The notes: generated by a model not told the origin, from the sequence alone. A DNA stretch of 64,000 nt from Blastocystis sp. Blastoise (GCA_039096225.1 JBBPEB010000002.1:992001-1056000), one strand, 5' to 3'; shown: positions 28,885 through 43,710, counted from the stretch's first letter. Made by a program: numbers and translations.

Positions 28885-30010
28885 CGTCTGTATTTGGAAT
28901 TAGAGCTTATTAAAAGGTTTATGTATGTTTCTATGATAAGGACATGCTATTTCAGTATTTAATTATAAAATATTTTATATATTTTTTCGTAATTCTTTAA
29001 GATTTTGCATTCTGGATTCCCTCTTTCTACCTGGTAGTCTTTGTATTCTTTTTTAAGATGGTTTGTGATGTACACATGTTGACTTATTTCTTATGAGGTA
29101 TTTTTTTAGATTCATTTTTAATTCATTTAGGTTTTTGGTTACTCTTGTCTACCTTCTTTCAAACAACAACTCAAGCACTGTTGAAGGTATATAAATATAT
29201 TATATATATTTTTATTTTTTTGCATTAGTACTTTTCAATTTTTCTCTTTTCGTATATAAATATTATTTTTATTATTGTTTATTCTTATTCATTTTATGCT
29301 TCTTATTTTATATATTATTTAGAGTATTAATTTTTTTGTCTCAATTTATGAATCCAGTTGATCGTTATATTCTTTTAAAGAAAAATATAGGTTTATATAT
29401 TATTATTATTATTTATAACAATAATTATTATTATCTCTAGCCATTAAATGAATGTATAAAAAATGTATAAGAATCAGTGAATCATAATTATATAAGAAGA
29501 GGTTAGAAGAAGCTATGAAAAAGATTGAAGTGAACATACAACATAATGATTTAAAGAGTAAAGAAAGGGAATTAACTCAACAATTGAATTGTAATTATCC
29601 TACGATTATTTAACTATATAATAGTTATAATGTTCTTTCTATTATTATATCTGATACTGTATATTATTATTCTATTATATATTTACTATATTATATTGAA
29701 TTCTGTATTCTATTTTATGTAATGATTTTGTTTTATTATTCTATATTATCAACTTATAAGTAGCCATTTATTATTGACTCATATTTGTTTTCTTTATAAT
29801 AATAATAAAAGAATAAGAATGACTATATATATATAGGCACCTTTTTATTATTGGTACCTTATGTTTGTGCTATTATGAACATTATTACTGCAAATAATCA
29901 TGAATATGCTAAGAAGCAATGTGTTCTTGAAAGAAAAATTGTAAAAGAATCATTAGTGAATGAAACATTATTTATTTGTATAAAAGTTCATCATCCTCTT
30001 AAATATGTAT
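28885..30010 (+). pseudogene. Element leader exons followed by decayed captured coding fragments (inner cargo slot)
   Basis: 28890-29190 is homologous to the reverse complement of 58985-59250 (GGAATTAGAGC...GTTTATGTATGTTT...CAGTATTTA...CATTCTGGA.TCCCTCTT). Broken exons follow, such as EEAMKKIEVNIQQHNDLKSKERELTQQLN and VPYVCAIMNIITANNHEYAKKQCVLERKIVK. Confidence 0.55.
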
Positions 30011-32795
30011 ATATATATATATATAATTATTATTATTATAGAGAAGAATTTGATTATTTATATTTTTATTTTATTTTATTCTTATTATTATGTTATATAT
30101 ATATATATTTTTTTTATTTATTTATTTATTATTTTATATAAAGATAGAGAACAGATAATTCTTTATAATGTCAAAATTTCTATTTTAGAGATTAAAAAAA
30201 GGTATATAAATATTTATTACCTAATTATTCATATAATAGTTTGTTTGATAATTATTTAATGTTGAAAATTTTAGCATTTATATACTATGAGATATATTTT
30301 ATAGTATTTCTTCTTGTACTTCTTGATTAGAAAATATCATATAAAACTAGAATTACTAATCAGAATATATATTTTTGTATGTTTATGTCACTACATTTTA
30401 TGTAGACTATTTGAAAGCTAAATTAATTTCTTTGAAGCTTCTAATTGTAATATAATTCTTTTCAACGAACTTATTGGATAAATATATATTACATATTAAG
30501 ATTTGAATTAATGTATTACCATGTTCATTGTTATATATATTTTGGTTACTTTTATTCCTGTATTACTACTACCTCTTTTTCCATTAGACAAATCTATATT
30601 TGGAATTAATTTATCTTCTTCTGACATTTTTTTTGTCTCCTATATTCTATTCATATATCTATCTTCATATTCTTATATTCTTTTTAAATAAATAAAAGAA
30701 TTGAATTACTATAAAATTCAATTATACTCTTCCTTTGTTTAGAATTATCAATATATATTTTGAATTTTTTTCTTCATCTACTCATAATCCTTTAATTTTT
30801 ATATACTCATTTAAGTGCTTCTATAAATATATATACTGATTCTATTTAGTAAGAGTAGCCTTTCTACATTGATAACTCAATTCTACCTTCTAAACTATTT
30901 ACTTGTTACTATACATTTATCTTTCTGAAAAAATAAATATTATTTCTAAGAATTTAAAATCAGCATTTATGTCTCTTATTCTTTTTCTATTTATACGTTA
31001 GAAAACACATATTTTCATTTCAGTCTTTATATAAATATTTATTCATAATTAATATTTGATTTACAGAATTAGTCTATTATAATGTAAATATATTTTTGCT
31101 ACTATTTTTATTTTCTTAAATATCTCAATAATATTCAAGATGTCTATCCTAGATTCAAAATATATCCATTTTATTGTTATAATACTTCTTATGCTATTAG
31201 TCTTTCCGTTATTATAATGAATCCTACTGAACATTATCATAAAGATCTACATATACTTATTTATATTTTATATATAATGAAATAGATATTATCGAACTTA
31301 TTAATAATTCTATTATACTAATTTTTATGTAAAAAAAATACTAGGCTCATATTATTCATTTATTAATAGGAGTGCTTTAAAGCTACTTATCTTCCAAATA
31401 TTGAGTTATATAATAATAATATTGCTATTAATGATATTTATTCAAAAATTACTTTTGCTCTATTCCTGTATTTAGAATTAAATGTTATGAACTAAAATTT
31501 CATTATAATACTCTTACTATTCCTATTATATTAATTATGAAATAGAAATGATAATAGCTATAATGCAAATATTATATATATATACTATCTTTATTCCTCC
31601 TGTGACTACTACTCATATTCCTGATACTATTATACTTTTATCAAATTATGTTACATACAAATAATGGCTCAAAACTGAGTATTTTCTTGTTTTAATAGTA
31701 CTACTGATATTCATACTCCTTCTATATTATAGAATGTTACAATTACTCATATTAATGTATACTTATTATGTCTATGTTCATATTTTTTTAATGATATTGG
31801 TCATGATCACTCCAGGATATTATAAACATTTCATATTATTATTATTTTCCATTATTATTACTTTATGTCATTATTATAACCATATAAGTATCCTAGTTTT
31901 TATTCTACTGTTGTGGTGAATCTTGATTACATGAATCTTCATATTTCTATTATCTAACTATTGTTTATCCCCTGAGAGTATTGAATCAACTAATAACGAT
32001 TCACAAAAAAATAATGATATCAAAATTCTATTAATTTTATTAATTATCATATTATTATGTTCATCAATATAATTTCTTCCTTACCTAAACTTTTTATTAT
32101 TTATATTTCCCTTACATCTGAGTCAATGTAACATATATTCGAATTACAAATGTTACTACAAAATGGAGTATTCCATATTATTTAAAAGTTAATATATATA
32201 TAGATTATTAAAAACACATCCTTATATTTTTAATTAATGTAACCTAACAAAATTATACATATTTCTTCTTATTCATGTAATTATACATTTTCTACCAATA
32301 ATACTACTAGTAATAATGATAGTGATCCTCATTTTATTCATATTATTACTACATGTTTCCATTAATTACTATAATTATACTGTTTATAGTTTTCTTAATA
32401 TTCTTACTATCATGTAATTATTTATACTTTAATTTGTACATCACCATATATTGATTTCATTGATTAATGAAATTATCATATAATTTTAATACTATATGTA
32501 AATAATGATTCTATTTTTATAAATTCGAGAAACACTTATATTATATTACATATGTATCACCTAATAATTATATTAATAATTATATTATGTTGTATTAAAA
32601 TGATAAATCTCATGCTATTAATATATTGTTAAGCAACTTAATTCCATTTTACTACAATTTATTCTCATTCGATTACTTTTATTTCCAAATGCTAATTATT
32701 ATCTTCTTAAGTAATTCCTTTTTCTGCTTAAAACTCCTTATAATAAGTCTCTTTTATTATCTTCTTCTATTCTTATTGTTAAATAAGACTTTGAT

Positions 32796-32831
<36 letters not shown>

Positions 32832-34920
32832 CTCTTGTTGATCATGATATTATTAAGTTTTATTGATTACTTTTTTTTCGGAAAGTAGTTAACTTATAAG
32901 AAATATTCTATTTTGAATTTGATAAATGTAAGAATTTTTAATAAGAATTATTTAATTATTTTTAATTGAATATAAAATTGAAAACTAAATATGTTCAAGG
33001 AGAATATAAAGCATTCTTCGGCACAATCATTTATAAAAGAAGACAATTCCTTTATGTTTGAAGTTTTATATAATCTCTTTCATGGAATCATTATTAAAAA
33101 GTTTCTTTGTTTTCTAATTAGTTTTCATATCTTTAAATATCTATATATATATATATTTATAATGATTCTATTAATTACTATATGTGAGGATTATTTCATA
33201 CATTTAACTATGATTATAATTTATTTCTTTTTGAATATATAAATCAAAAATGGCATATGTTCTATTTCTTTCTATTTTTATTCTTAATTTCAAATGAATT
33301 ATATTATAAGAAAACAGTCATTAATCTTATCAATAAAATTAATCATTTTTTTATATATAGAAAATGTTAAACTATATCATTATCTGATTGAAATGAATAG
33401 ATAATAATAATAATAATAATTGTTGTTAAAGATACTGTTTAAAACGATATGATTCTCACACATTGAATATGGAAATTAGAAATTATATTTTGTAATAACA
33501 AATAGTATATAGAAGATATCATTTTCAACTTACTTAATATTTTTCATTTTGAACACATTACTTTATTTTAATTATAATAAAATTGTTTCATAATTCGAAA
33601 TATATATCATATATTATTAGTATTTATCAGAATATATTATGTAATCTCTTCTCGAATTCTATTATATAAAGATCTATTTTTGATACTGTTATCAATTTAG
33701 CGAAGTGAAAATAATTATTTAACCTATCATACTATTTCTTAGTATTATTTATCATAACTGGTATTACTAGGTGCACTTTATTCTGAATATAAATTAATTT
33801 ATTTGAAAGAAAATACTTTGCATTATTGAAACACTTCTTGATTATTTATAACTAATATATTTCTTTTCTTTTATTTGACCTTGAATTTAAATCTCAATCT
33901 TCTATTTATAATTGAATTATCAAGTTTCTAATTATGTAGTTAGTAATCAGAAATGGATATTCTTTCTATTTAGTTCTTCTTCTTTTTAGTGGTTTTATAT
34001 AACATTAATTTTTGTTTTAATTATTTAAATTTCTTTTTAGTATTCAATAAAGAATCAGAATTCTTATGTCATATTATTAAATTGACTAATGATACTTATA
34101 CTTAATACAGATATTTCGTATTATTATTTGGTTTATCATATCATCAGCCATTAATGTTCTACTTCATAGGAAATTTCTTTATTATTTAATACTATTCTGA
34201 TTTATTTTTCTTTTGTAAAGAATAACGTTAATTATTTATGATTAAAATTAATAGAATTTAATTATACTATACTTCCTATTATACTACTGTGACTCTTTAT
34301 TTTTACAGTTATGATTACTTATAAAAACAATTTGATCATTAATTATACATTCTCCATATTTATTATGTTCTGTTATGATCTTATTTATAGATAAAAAAAA
34401 GAAATGTATATCTTTTTCCTATTATTAGTTATATATATTATGCTTTTATTTTAATTCAATTTTTCGTTGAAATCTTATTCGAATCAATATGAATTATTTC
34501 TTTTAAGCCTTAAAGATAAAGATTTTTTGCAAATATCTTTAAATAAAAATATCTATAGTATATATTATTAAAATGAGAAATATCAATGTTTATCTATACA
34601 TAAATCTTCATTGATTCATATTACTATGATTATTGCATGTTATTGAATAGTTTGATATTATTACTATCAAACTAATTAGAATAGTTGAATTAAATAAAAT
34701 GGATACCAATTATCTAATTAAAAATAATATATTATGAAGAATATTGTATTTTAAAGTGTCTTAAAATGTCATTTATATATAACTTTAACTTCATACATAT
34801 TTTAAAATATAATTAAAAGATTATTATGAATATTATCTCCTAATGATAAACCATGATCTTTGTATCAAATCTTTTAGGATGTTATTTATATAAACAATAT
34901 GGAAATATATGAAAGATGAT

Positions 34921-35058
34921 AATATATATAAAAAATAAATAAGATAAATAAAAATATATGTATACCGTTATATCTTAATATACTAAATAATATATATAAA
35001 AAATAAATAAGATAAATAAATATATATGTATACCATTGTATCTTAATATATTAAATAC
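34921..35058. repeat. Tandem duplication of about 68 bp just 3' of the inner transposase
   Basis: Two near-identical copies of AATATATATAAAAAATAAATAAGATAAATAAA.ATATATGTATACC.TT.TATCTTAATATA.TAAAT. Confidence 0.8.
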
Positions 35059-35172
35059 TAATGAAAGAAGATAAGAATTAATAAGAATTAAATGAAATCC
35101 ATCATTTTTAATATAAATTAATAAATAAAATTAAATAAATAAAATAATAATTATATATAGGAAAATGTATTT

Positions 35173-38100
35173 TTAAGACCATAAAGATTTTAAGTATCGT
35201 GTAGTAAAAACAGTATTAGTTTGAATATCGCTTGAATTGTATGCTCTTCTATTTGAATTTTTAGAATGTATATCTTCCTATAATAATTTAATATAGAAAA
35301 ATATATATAATTATTATATACTTGATTATATTCTTCATCCTCATCTTCACCCTTCTTTTTTATATGTATATCTGAAATAATAATATTATCAGGAATAATC
35401 TTATTGATTATTAAGAATGGAGATCCATATTTAGATTCTATTGGAACAGAATCATTTGAATTATTTATTATATAATATAATCTGCTAACTGATGGTTGTG
35501 AAACAGGGTATTCATGTTTTCTTATAAATACTATATCATTTATTTGAATATAATATAATGACTTTATTAGATGAATTGTATTCACATTTGATATATCTGT
35601 TACATTATATGCAATATAGGAGTTATCTATTGACTCTATTCCTTCGTCTTCCTCTGTACTTGTAAACACTAATGATTCATTGATAAGAATTTCGGAATAA
35701 TAAAAAATGGATAATAATTTCAAGTTTTCTTTTAGTTTATTATAAGATGAATTATGATCTAGTAAATCTATATTATTTGTGAGCAAATCCATATTAATAT
35801 CTTTAAATAATAGTTGATTTATGGTAGTATCATTAAGTAAAATCAATTCTTTTATAAGATAATATATTTCTTGTTCATTAAGATCTTTCTCCTCTGACTC
35901 TCTTAAACCCTTTACAGAATGAATAAAGTTATTCTCAGCATATCTAATTGTTTTAAATTGTTTATGGGATTGATATTCATTATCATGAATGATATTAGTT
36001 TCAACATTATTCTCTAAATCAGCTAACATAGGTGAAGAAATATTTCCATTATTTATATTAGAAAAATCATTAATAAAACAAGCTTCTTCTTGTATAAGTT
36101 TTTTTATACTTGATTCATTAAAACATCTTCTTCCAAATGTTATCCGTTTTATTTTGGAGTAAAAACGTTCTGATTCATATGTACAGCCATATGAATATGA
36201 CCCTACTGATTGTATAGAATCTGCTAAATGAAGAAGTAGATGTATTTGTGAATTGATAATCTCTCGAGGCAATAAAACTTCACATAAGAAATTAAAAAGA
36301 TAACATTGTTTTCGTAGTATTTCTATATTGTTATTAAACATAAATAATTTATCATATTCAACTTCTCTAATTATTGTAGCTAAAGGATCGATAAGGAGAA
36401 TAATTGAAGAATCTTCTATATTGAAATCATGAGTAATAAGAGGTAATATAACTGAAAAGAAGAATATTCTTGTATGCGAAGAAACACATGATATTTTCTT
36501 TTTATTCATGATTAATCTAAACTCATATTCATATTTGTTATATAAAGTATTAAGATTGATTATTCTTGTATTCAAAATATTCATGTTTTCTTTAGACAAA
36601 CAATATTTATTAACTACTTCAACTCCTTCAGTATTACTATCTTTTGAAACTAGTGAAGAGTAATGCTCAGAGTTAAAACCAAATAATAAGGATAGAAATA
36701 GAGTTACAATATTATTAAACAGGTGCATTGTATCAATGCTGAAACTAGCTGAAATATCAAATAAGGGAATACTTTCAAATGGGCAACATTTCTTTTTGAC
36801 ACCCATATATGATTCGTTCTCTTCACATAGACTTCTTTGAGTTCTTATAGTATCCATTGTCCTTTGATTATATTGCTTCATTTCAAACGCATCATTATAT
36901 ATATATTCCAGTGGTATTGATTTAATTATTCTTGGTAGAAGACAAGATGTATCTTCTATATAATATGTATATATAGTAACATTTACTATTATATAAAAAT
37001 GTATAAAAATGAAAAAAAAATAGATATAAATATAGAAGAAACTAATACTAGAAATATATATAAAAATGTTTTTAGTATGGATCATGAATATTAATGAAAT
37101 ATGAATATAAATAATTATAATATCAATAATGGTATACTATACTAACTATTTACAATATAGAGGCGATATAAAAAAAAATTATATGAATAGTAATAACTAT
37201 AAGATATTGAACTACATATGATATTAATACAGATACTAAGGATAATAGTAGTACTAATAACAATATCAGTATAAAGAAGAATAAAGAATGATATATATAC
37301 TATTATGGATAATCAATGGAATATTGAAATAATGATAAAAATAATATAATATAAACATAATAATATATGTTTATAAAAAGTATACTAATATAATTAGAAT
37401 ATATATATATATATATATACCTGGATTCTTGATAATTATTGGAAATCTTATTTCATTAATTTGATTATTATCATTACTTTTGTCAATAAGATTAGATACA
37501 CTTCCAAATGAGCATTTAATTCCTTCATGAAAATGTTCGTCTGTTCTTCCTATTTCTAATTCGCAACATCTACATGGGAAAATAGAAGATGGTCCACTGA
37601 AACAACCGATTGCCGTCATAGCGGCATAGTCTCCATATACATTTAATAATATGCCAACAACCTTTCTTTTTTGTATAGTGTTGTTTATCATTATATCCAT
37701 TTCTATCCCCTTTGAAAGTTGTTTAAACTCTTCAACTATTATTGACATTATAGGCCAACTATGATACTCTGAAGTAATTGCATAAGTCCAAAAAGATCTC
37801 TTATCATAATTTCTTTTAATATTATAGTTTAATAGCTTTATTAATAGAGGAAAGGAGGATCTATTATAATCTGAAGAAGAATGCGAAAATACTGATATCC
37901 CATCACAAGTAAAACTAAAGGCTAAGAGAATATCGCCATTTTCTAGTAATCTTTCAATATACTTCTTATATGTAATACTTCTTAAAAAAAGAGGAATATC
38001 ATCTGGAATACTATTTTGATCTGAATTAATTATTGATAATATATCTTCTTTTTTATAAAAAGAAATATCTTGGATCATTGTTTTTGATTTTAGCATTTGT

Positions 38101-38619
38101 CTTATCCTTGGTATTATAGGTACAATTGTTATTCTTCTACCTAAATAAACAATAATGCATATCTTATATATTAAAAATATAATATTATTGTCATACTTGA
38201 TTTCACCTCACAAATACTATTTGAACAAGTCCTTTTTTCTATCTCTATTGATTCTTTACCTTTATTATATCCAAGAATAGTATTACAACAATCTGATACA
38301 TATATGTTAAGAGTAGAAACTTTATTAGGTACTAATCTTATTAATTTTTGTACTACCTGTTGACCATAAAGAGGAATATCAAATTTATTTATTGATGGAT
38401 TTATTATTTCAATTATATCATTTACAAATTTATATATATTCTTAATTTTTTCCATACTAATTCTTAATGAAATCCAAAATTCAAATATAATCTTCTCTAT
38501 CTTCTCATTTACTCCATTAGAACCATGATTCTCATTTGATATCTATATATATGTATCTATATATATGTATCTATATATATATATCTATATATATATATAT
38601 GTATCTATATATATATATC

Positions 38620-38690
<71 letters not shown>

Positions 38691-38920
38691 TATAATAAAA
38701 ATACGTTATCTTTCAAAATCATATTAATGATTTTTGAGATTAAAGGATCATTTCCAGTTATATTAGATCCTTCATTTGAAACTATAGGTTCTATTACATC
38801 ATCGTGTGATATGTCCACTGAATTATCATTGACTTCTATATTTCTTTCTTCATGATGTTTTGTTTCTTTATTTTTTCTTTTATTCGGGAAGCCATTATTT
38901 GAATATAATCGGTGTGTCAT
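35173..38920 (-). CDS. CACTA/EnSpm-type DDE transposase (inner element), spliced
   Basis: Motifs [41 protein letters not shown]...FSG...[16 protein letters not shown] and [11 protein letters not shown]...[13 protein letters not shown] match the TnpD/Transposase_21 architecture. There is an N-terminal Cys cluster. The start [11 protein letters not shown] and spliced end [15 protein letters not shown] are homologous to the second copy. Confidence 0.88.
38536..38690. repeat. (TA)n microsatellite in an intron of the inner transposase
   Basis: An imperfect TA run of about 150 bp; it produces the YIYIYI shadow ORFs. Confidence 0.9.
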
Positions 38921-40315
38921 TCTATATATATCTTGTAAAATACAGATTGGAATAGGTGTATTTATTCTTAATAATATTATTGAAAGTGAATAGAAATAAT
39001 TAATATGATATATGATTTTGTACATAATCAATTTTACAACAGAAAAATTATTTTATTAGATACCTTTGTAATTTCAAATAGCACCTGGAAATACAATAAA
39101 TTCTTCACTTTATGTTGTTATTTCAATATAATATGAAATTACTTCAAGTTTTAAATGAAAACATCAGATTCATGGAAAATGTATATATTCTTGTAAAAAA
39201 ATATGGATAACCATGAATAGAAAAATAATTGAAGATTCTTTCTATTTTGTAAATACTATTTAATATTATGGTTTGCTATTTAAAAATAGAGATCACATCT
39301 ATTTATGTATAATATATTTGAAATATGTTGCAATTGGAGACAAAATTGGAGTGCCCAGTTGAATTCAATTTTATTAAAATTATGTGAATGCCAATCTTAA
39401 TAAAGTCAACTGTATTATTGTCAATTATTACTTTTATTAACATGTTAATTAATACATATTTAGGTATTTCATATAGTTATGCATTTTTGATAGAAATATT
39501 TTAATATTTTGAATGATTTAAATAGAATTACTTTATTGCTTTTAATAGGAAGAATAAGTACAAATGATTATGATTTGTTTATTTACTTAATCGATTATTA
39601 ATAATTGCTAAAGTGAAGATATTATTTCTTTGTTTATCTATATAAACTATATGAGATATTAAAGTACTCTTTTCTATATAAGTAGTTTCTTCTATAAGAA
39701 TAGTCCTGACCTATTTTCTATATAATCGGCACTCTTCTTTTCTTTATATATTCTCCTATCATTTCATTTATTCGAAATACTTTTAGAAATAGATAGAAAC
39801 TTCTAATTAATGGTTTTAGATTATATTAACTAGTCTTATTTATATTTAGCAGATACAATAATTATTCTAAGAGTGTATATATATATACATATATAATGAA
39901 TATATTATATAAATTATTTATTATATATATAGATTAACAATACTTGATGCAAACTTTATATTATATTTTAAATATTCTTTTGTTTTACTAAATTGATCAA
40001 TATATTTACATTATAATCTTCTTAAATATATATATATATAATATAAGATATTCTAGTTCATTCTGGTTTTTGTTTTTAGTTGATTGTTAGCTAAAGAAAA
40101 ACAGATTTCTTAAAAATTGTATCAATCACTAAATTTGATATATAAATACGTTTTCTTAACATAACTAACTGATAACATTTTTATGATTAAAATTATTGTA
40201 TTTGATTTTTTTATTTATATGTAAACACAAAGAAATATTTTTTACTTTTTATAGAATTTACAGAGAATAAATAAAAGAAAACCATAAAATCATATATTTT
40301 TTATTTCATTTAAAA

Positions 40316-41224
40316 ATGCCTAGAAAGTATTATAAATATTATTTTGTTATAATAAATAGAAAAATTGAGGTTGAATTGTTATCTACAGATGAAATCATTA
40401 GAATAAAAAAATTCAAAGTAGAATTTCTGAATCAATTTCGTGAATTCTATTTGTCACTTCTTAATACAACACAAAGTAGTATATATATATATTTTTCATA
40501 ATTAATAATAATTATAGAACAATATAAGAAACTGGACTATGATATGGAAATTTTTTTTCGACGAGAGGCTCTAAAAAAAGGTATTAAAGTAACATCAATT
40601 ATGTCATCAACAAAGGTCGTAAAAGTAATTATAATAATTTATACCATTATGATACACTTTTAATATTATAGTCACGTTTAAGGTTTATTCCATACGTTTT
40701 AAATAATGAAGAATTAATACAAGCAAGAATTATCTTTAAGAAAGAAAATGACTGTTTAGTAGTCGATGAAGAAAGTCAATTGTTCATATTAATTTTTCAA
40801 ATAATTAAAGAATATCTATCAGTATTTAGTGAAACCAGTAAATTAAATGATTATACAATTAAAAGAATAATAAAAAAGGCATTTTATGATAAGAAAAATA
40901 ATGGTAATTTTGTTTCATTTTTTGGATTTTTCATAGAAGATAAAGATCATCAAATAATAGAAGATATATCAAAGATTAAAGAATCATTCATGGTAAATAT
41001 TATATATATATCTATTTTATTATCTATATATATATATATTATTAATATAAATACATATATATTATATGATTCCCCGTGAAATTTACTTATATTTATAGAT
41101 TTCTAATTGGATAAGGAATGACGAAGCCTTTAATAATAAGTCATATAAGTATAAAACCAACCACGTCATAATATCTCAACTGACGAGCTGTTATGACAGA
41201 GTCAAAAATAATATCCGTCACTAA
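40316..41224 (+). CDS. Transposon accessory protein (inner element), spliced, unknown function
   Basis: The exons join to give ...KKFKVEFLNQFREFYLSLL|..YDMEIFFRREALKKGIKV..|RLRFIPYVLNNEELIQARIIFKKE...IIKKAFYDKKNNGNFVSFFGF..|..SCYDRVKNNIRH*. It is collinear with the gene at 42522-43710 and divergent from the transposase. Confidence 0.78.
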
Positions 41225-42338
41225 TTGTAAGTAATATGATTTGACAATAAAGGTTGTATTTAAAGACATACCTTTTTATTTATTCTAGAATATATTTTAT
41301 TTATTCTTATTTTTTTTATATTTATTTTATGTTTATTCAGTATGAATTAATAACGTTATATATCTTTAGTAATTCTTGATCTTATATAGGACGATGACTG
41401 ATGTAGCCGTTCTTGTGTCACATATTTATCTCTGTATGTATGTTTTTAATTCCTTGTTTTTGATTATTTTATTTTATAGTTAAGACTCTATCATGGTTGA
41501 TGTGATTATTATTTTTGCTAAACATTATTATAATTGTAAATATATTTCTTATATTCTTTTTTATAATATAATTAATTACTATCATATATAGGTTATTCGT
41601 TTGTACTATTTTATTAAAAATTATACTTACGCTTGTATATATTTATATATTTGTAATCTAATTTTCTTTTCTTTTATAGTTAATACTTAATTATGATTTA
41701 GACTTAAATATATCTGTTCCAACCAACTATATTGGTAAATATTTGTATGTATATAATTAAAATTAATACTATTTTCACTAATTTATATATTATTTTATAG
41801 GATTGAGAAAGGATTAAATTACAAAATGTATTTTATAATTTAAATATTATTTTTATAATTAATTGCTATTTATTTTATAATTAATTATTATTTATTTATA
41901 GGCATAAAACTGTACTTCATGATCTATATGATTAATTATAAACAAATATCTTCATTAAATATATATTTACGATATTTTTATTATTTAAATTGTTATCATT
42001 ATCTATTCTATTAATATTAAGAGTTTTGTTTTCTATTATATACAGAAGTTATAAATATGTTTAAAAACACTGATAATTATTAAAAAGATAATTACTTTTA
42101 TTGAAACACTAAAATTATTTTCGAATAAATAGAATGCTCTATATAAGAAATTTTGGACATTTTATTGGCTCCCATTATGAATATTCTTAATTTTATTGGA
42201 TTATTATTTTGCTTACTTCAATAGAATGTTAGAAGTTTGCTTTATTTCCCAAGGGGATGACTATGATAATATCTTAAATAATCTGAAAAATAATTAGTTG
42301 GAATTTCTCATGTATCGCTTTTTTCCTCCCGTGAAAAA

Positions 42339-42350
42339 AGACTAATAGTG
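42339..42350 (-). repeat. Terminal inverted repeat of the inner element
   Basis: AGACTAATAGTG followed by AGT. The preceding TCGCTTTTTTCCTCCCGTGAAAA resembles the reverse complement of the outer left end, TCGTTTTTTTGATATCCGTGAAAA. Confidence 0.75.
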
Positions 42351-42521
42351 AGTACAAATTGCAATTTTTGATTTATCTATAAAAATAAAAAATAGAATAT
42401 TATATAAAAATAAAACATACAATTCATTGTTCTTTATTATAATTAATTATATTTGATCTATATAAATATATAATGATAATGTTAATATATATATATATAT
42501 ACTATTATTGACAATGATTTA

Positions 42522-43710
42522 TTAAGCATTCCTATATATAATTAGTAATAGTATATAAAGACAATAATATATAGAAATAATATAAAGATTGGAAACAATA
42601 TAAAATAATATACCAGAAAAAATGGCAACAATAGATAGCAACCAAGGTTTATTACATCCTATATATAAAACATATATATAAATACAATGATAACTATACT
42701 TTATAATGAAGAAAGAGAATAAAAAATGTATTATATCCAAAAAATAAAATATTACCAATAAAACTGGAAGTAAAAAATATTCTAAAAAATAAGAAACAAT
42801 AATATATAATAAACCAATAAAATAAATATACTGATGACGCTGATAGTGTTCTATGACTCTGTCATAGCTGATTTGAAGATTATCAATAATTTTCTTATTA
42901 TTCATAAATGAATGACTGGTAGTAGTAAAAAGAGAAGAATCTCTTTTCCATTCAGAATTCTAAAAGAATTATATATATTGACAGTATAAATAGTTAAAAT
43001 ATATACTAAAGGTTCATCTATAAGACTTGCTTTTTCAGTTATTTTGTATCCATCTTTATCAACAACAACAAAACCAAAAGAACTAGCGAAGTTACCTTTT
43101 TGTCTTTTATCATAGAACGCTTTTTTTATACATCGTATGATGTCATAGTCATTTATTGACTTAACTCTCTTATGGAGAGACATGTAGTCTTTTATGACTA
43201 AAAGAATAAGATTATATAATGAATTATTTTCGTCAACGCACACATGATCTTTCTCTTTTTTTAAAATATATTTTGCTTTTATTAATTCTGAATCTTTTAA
43301 GATATATGGAATTAGTCGTAAACACTTCTATAAAGATTATTTAATTAAAAGAATATAAAATGAGACATTAATTAGAGAACAGGTTATACTTTTATTTGTT
43401 TTGTTGTATCTTTTATGGCTATTACTTTGATATGTCTCAAAAGAGCTTCTTTTCTCAGAAAAGTCTCTATATCGTATGTAAGATATTTACATTCTTTTTT
43501 TCCTAAAATGATTATAAACATCATATAGAATATACCGGATGTGTCAGGAGAGATGAGAGATCTATAAAATTCATGAAAAGATCCCAACATTTCAATTTTG
43601 AATTGTTTTAGTTTTTTCATTTCCTTTTCAGTCAACTTAGACCTATAATTAGGGAGATAAAGATCATAAAAATGAATAAAAAATGCTTTTTGGTCATGTT
43701 TTGTTAACAT
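42522..43710 (-). CDS. Transposon accessory protein (outer element), spliced, unknown function
   Basis: KQFKIEMLGSFHEFYRSLI|..YDIETFLRKEALLRHIKV..|CLRLIPYILKDSELIKAKYILKKE...CIKKAFYDKRQKGNFASSFGF..|..ISYDRVIEHYQRH, with the same intron positions as 40316-41224. Both ends are approximate. Confidence 0.78.

Larger units (their letters stand above)
27904..42350 (-). mobile_element. Nested, inverted related CACTA-type element (14,447 bp; inner element)
   Basis: The ends CACTGTTATTCT (27904) and, as reverse complement, CACTATTAGTCT (42350) match at 10/12. The flanks are AGC and AGT (2/3 match). Sequence from 27904 aligns from its first base with the outer right end, 42315-42350 resembles the outer left end, and the gene order is mirrored. 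Confidence 0.8.

Noticed and set aside
38536-38855. YIYIYI ORFs
   Set aside because: They are translations of an intronic (TA)n microsatellite.
42351-42500. The inner element interrupting a coding last exon (KSKIAIC[T/A]VEI*) of the outer accessory gene
   Set aside because: The empty site does give this short frame, but the preceding candidate exon (42457-42421) has stops in all three frames, so coding status is unsupported.
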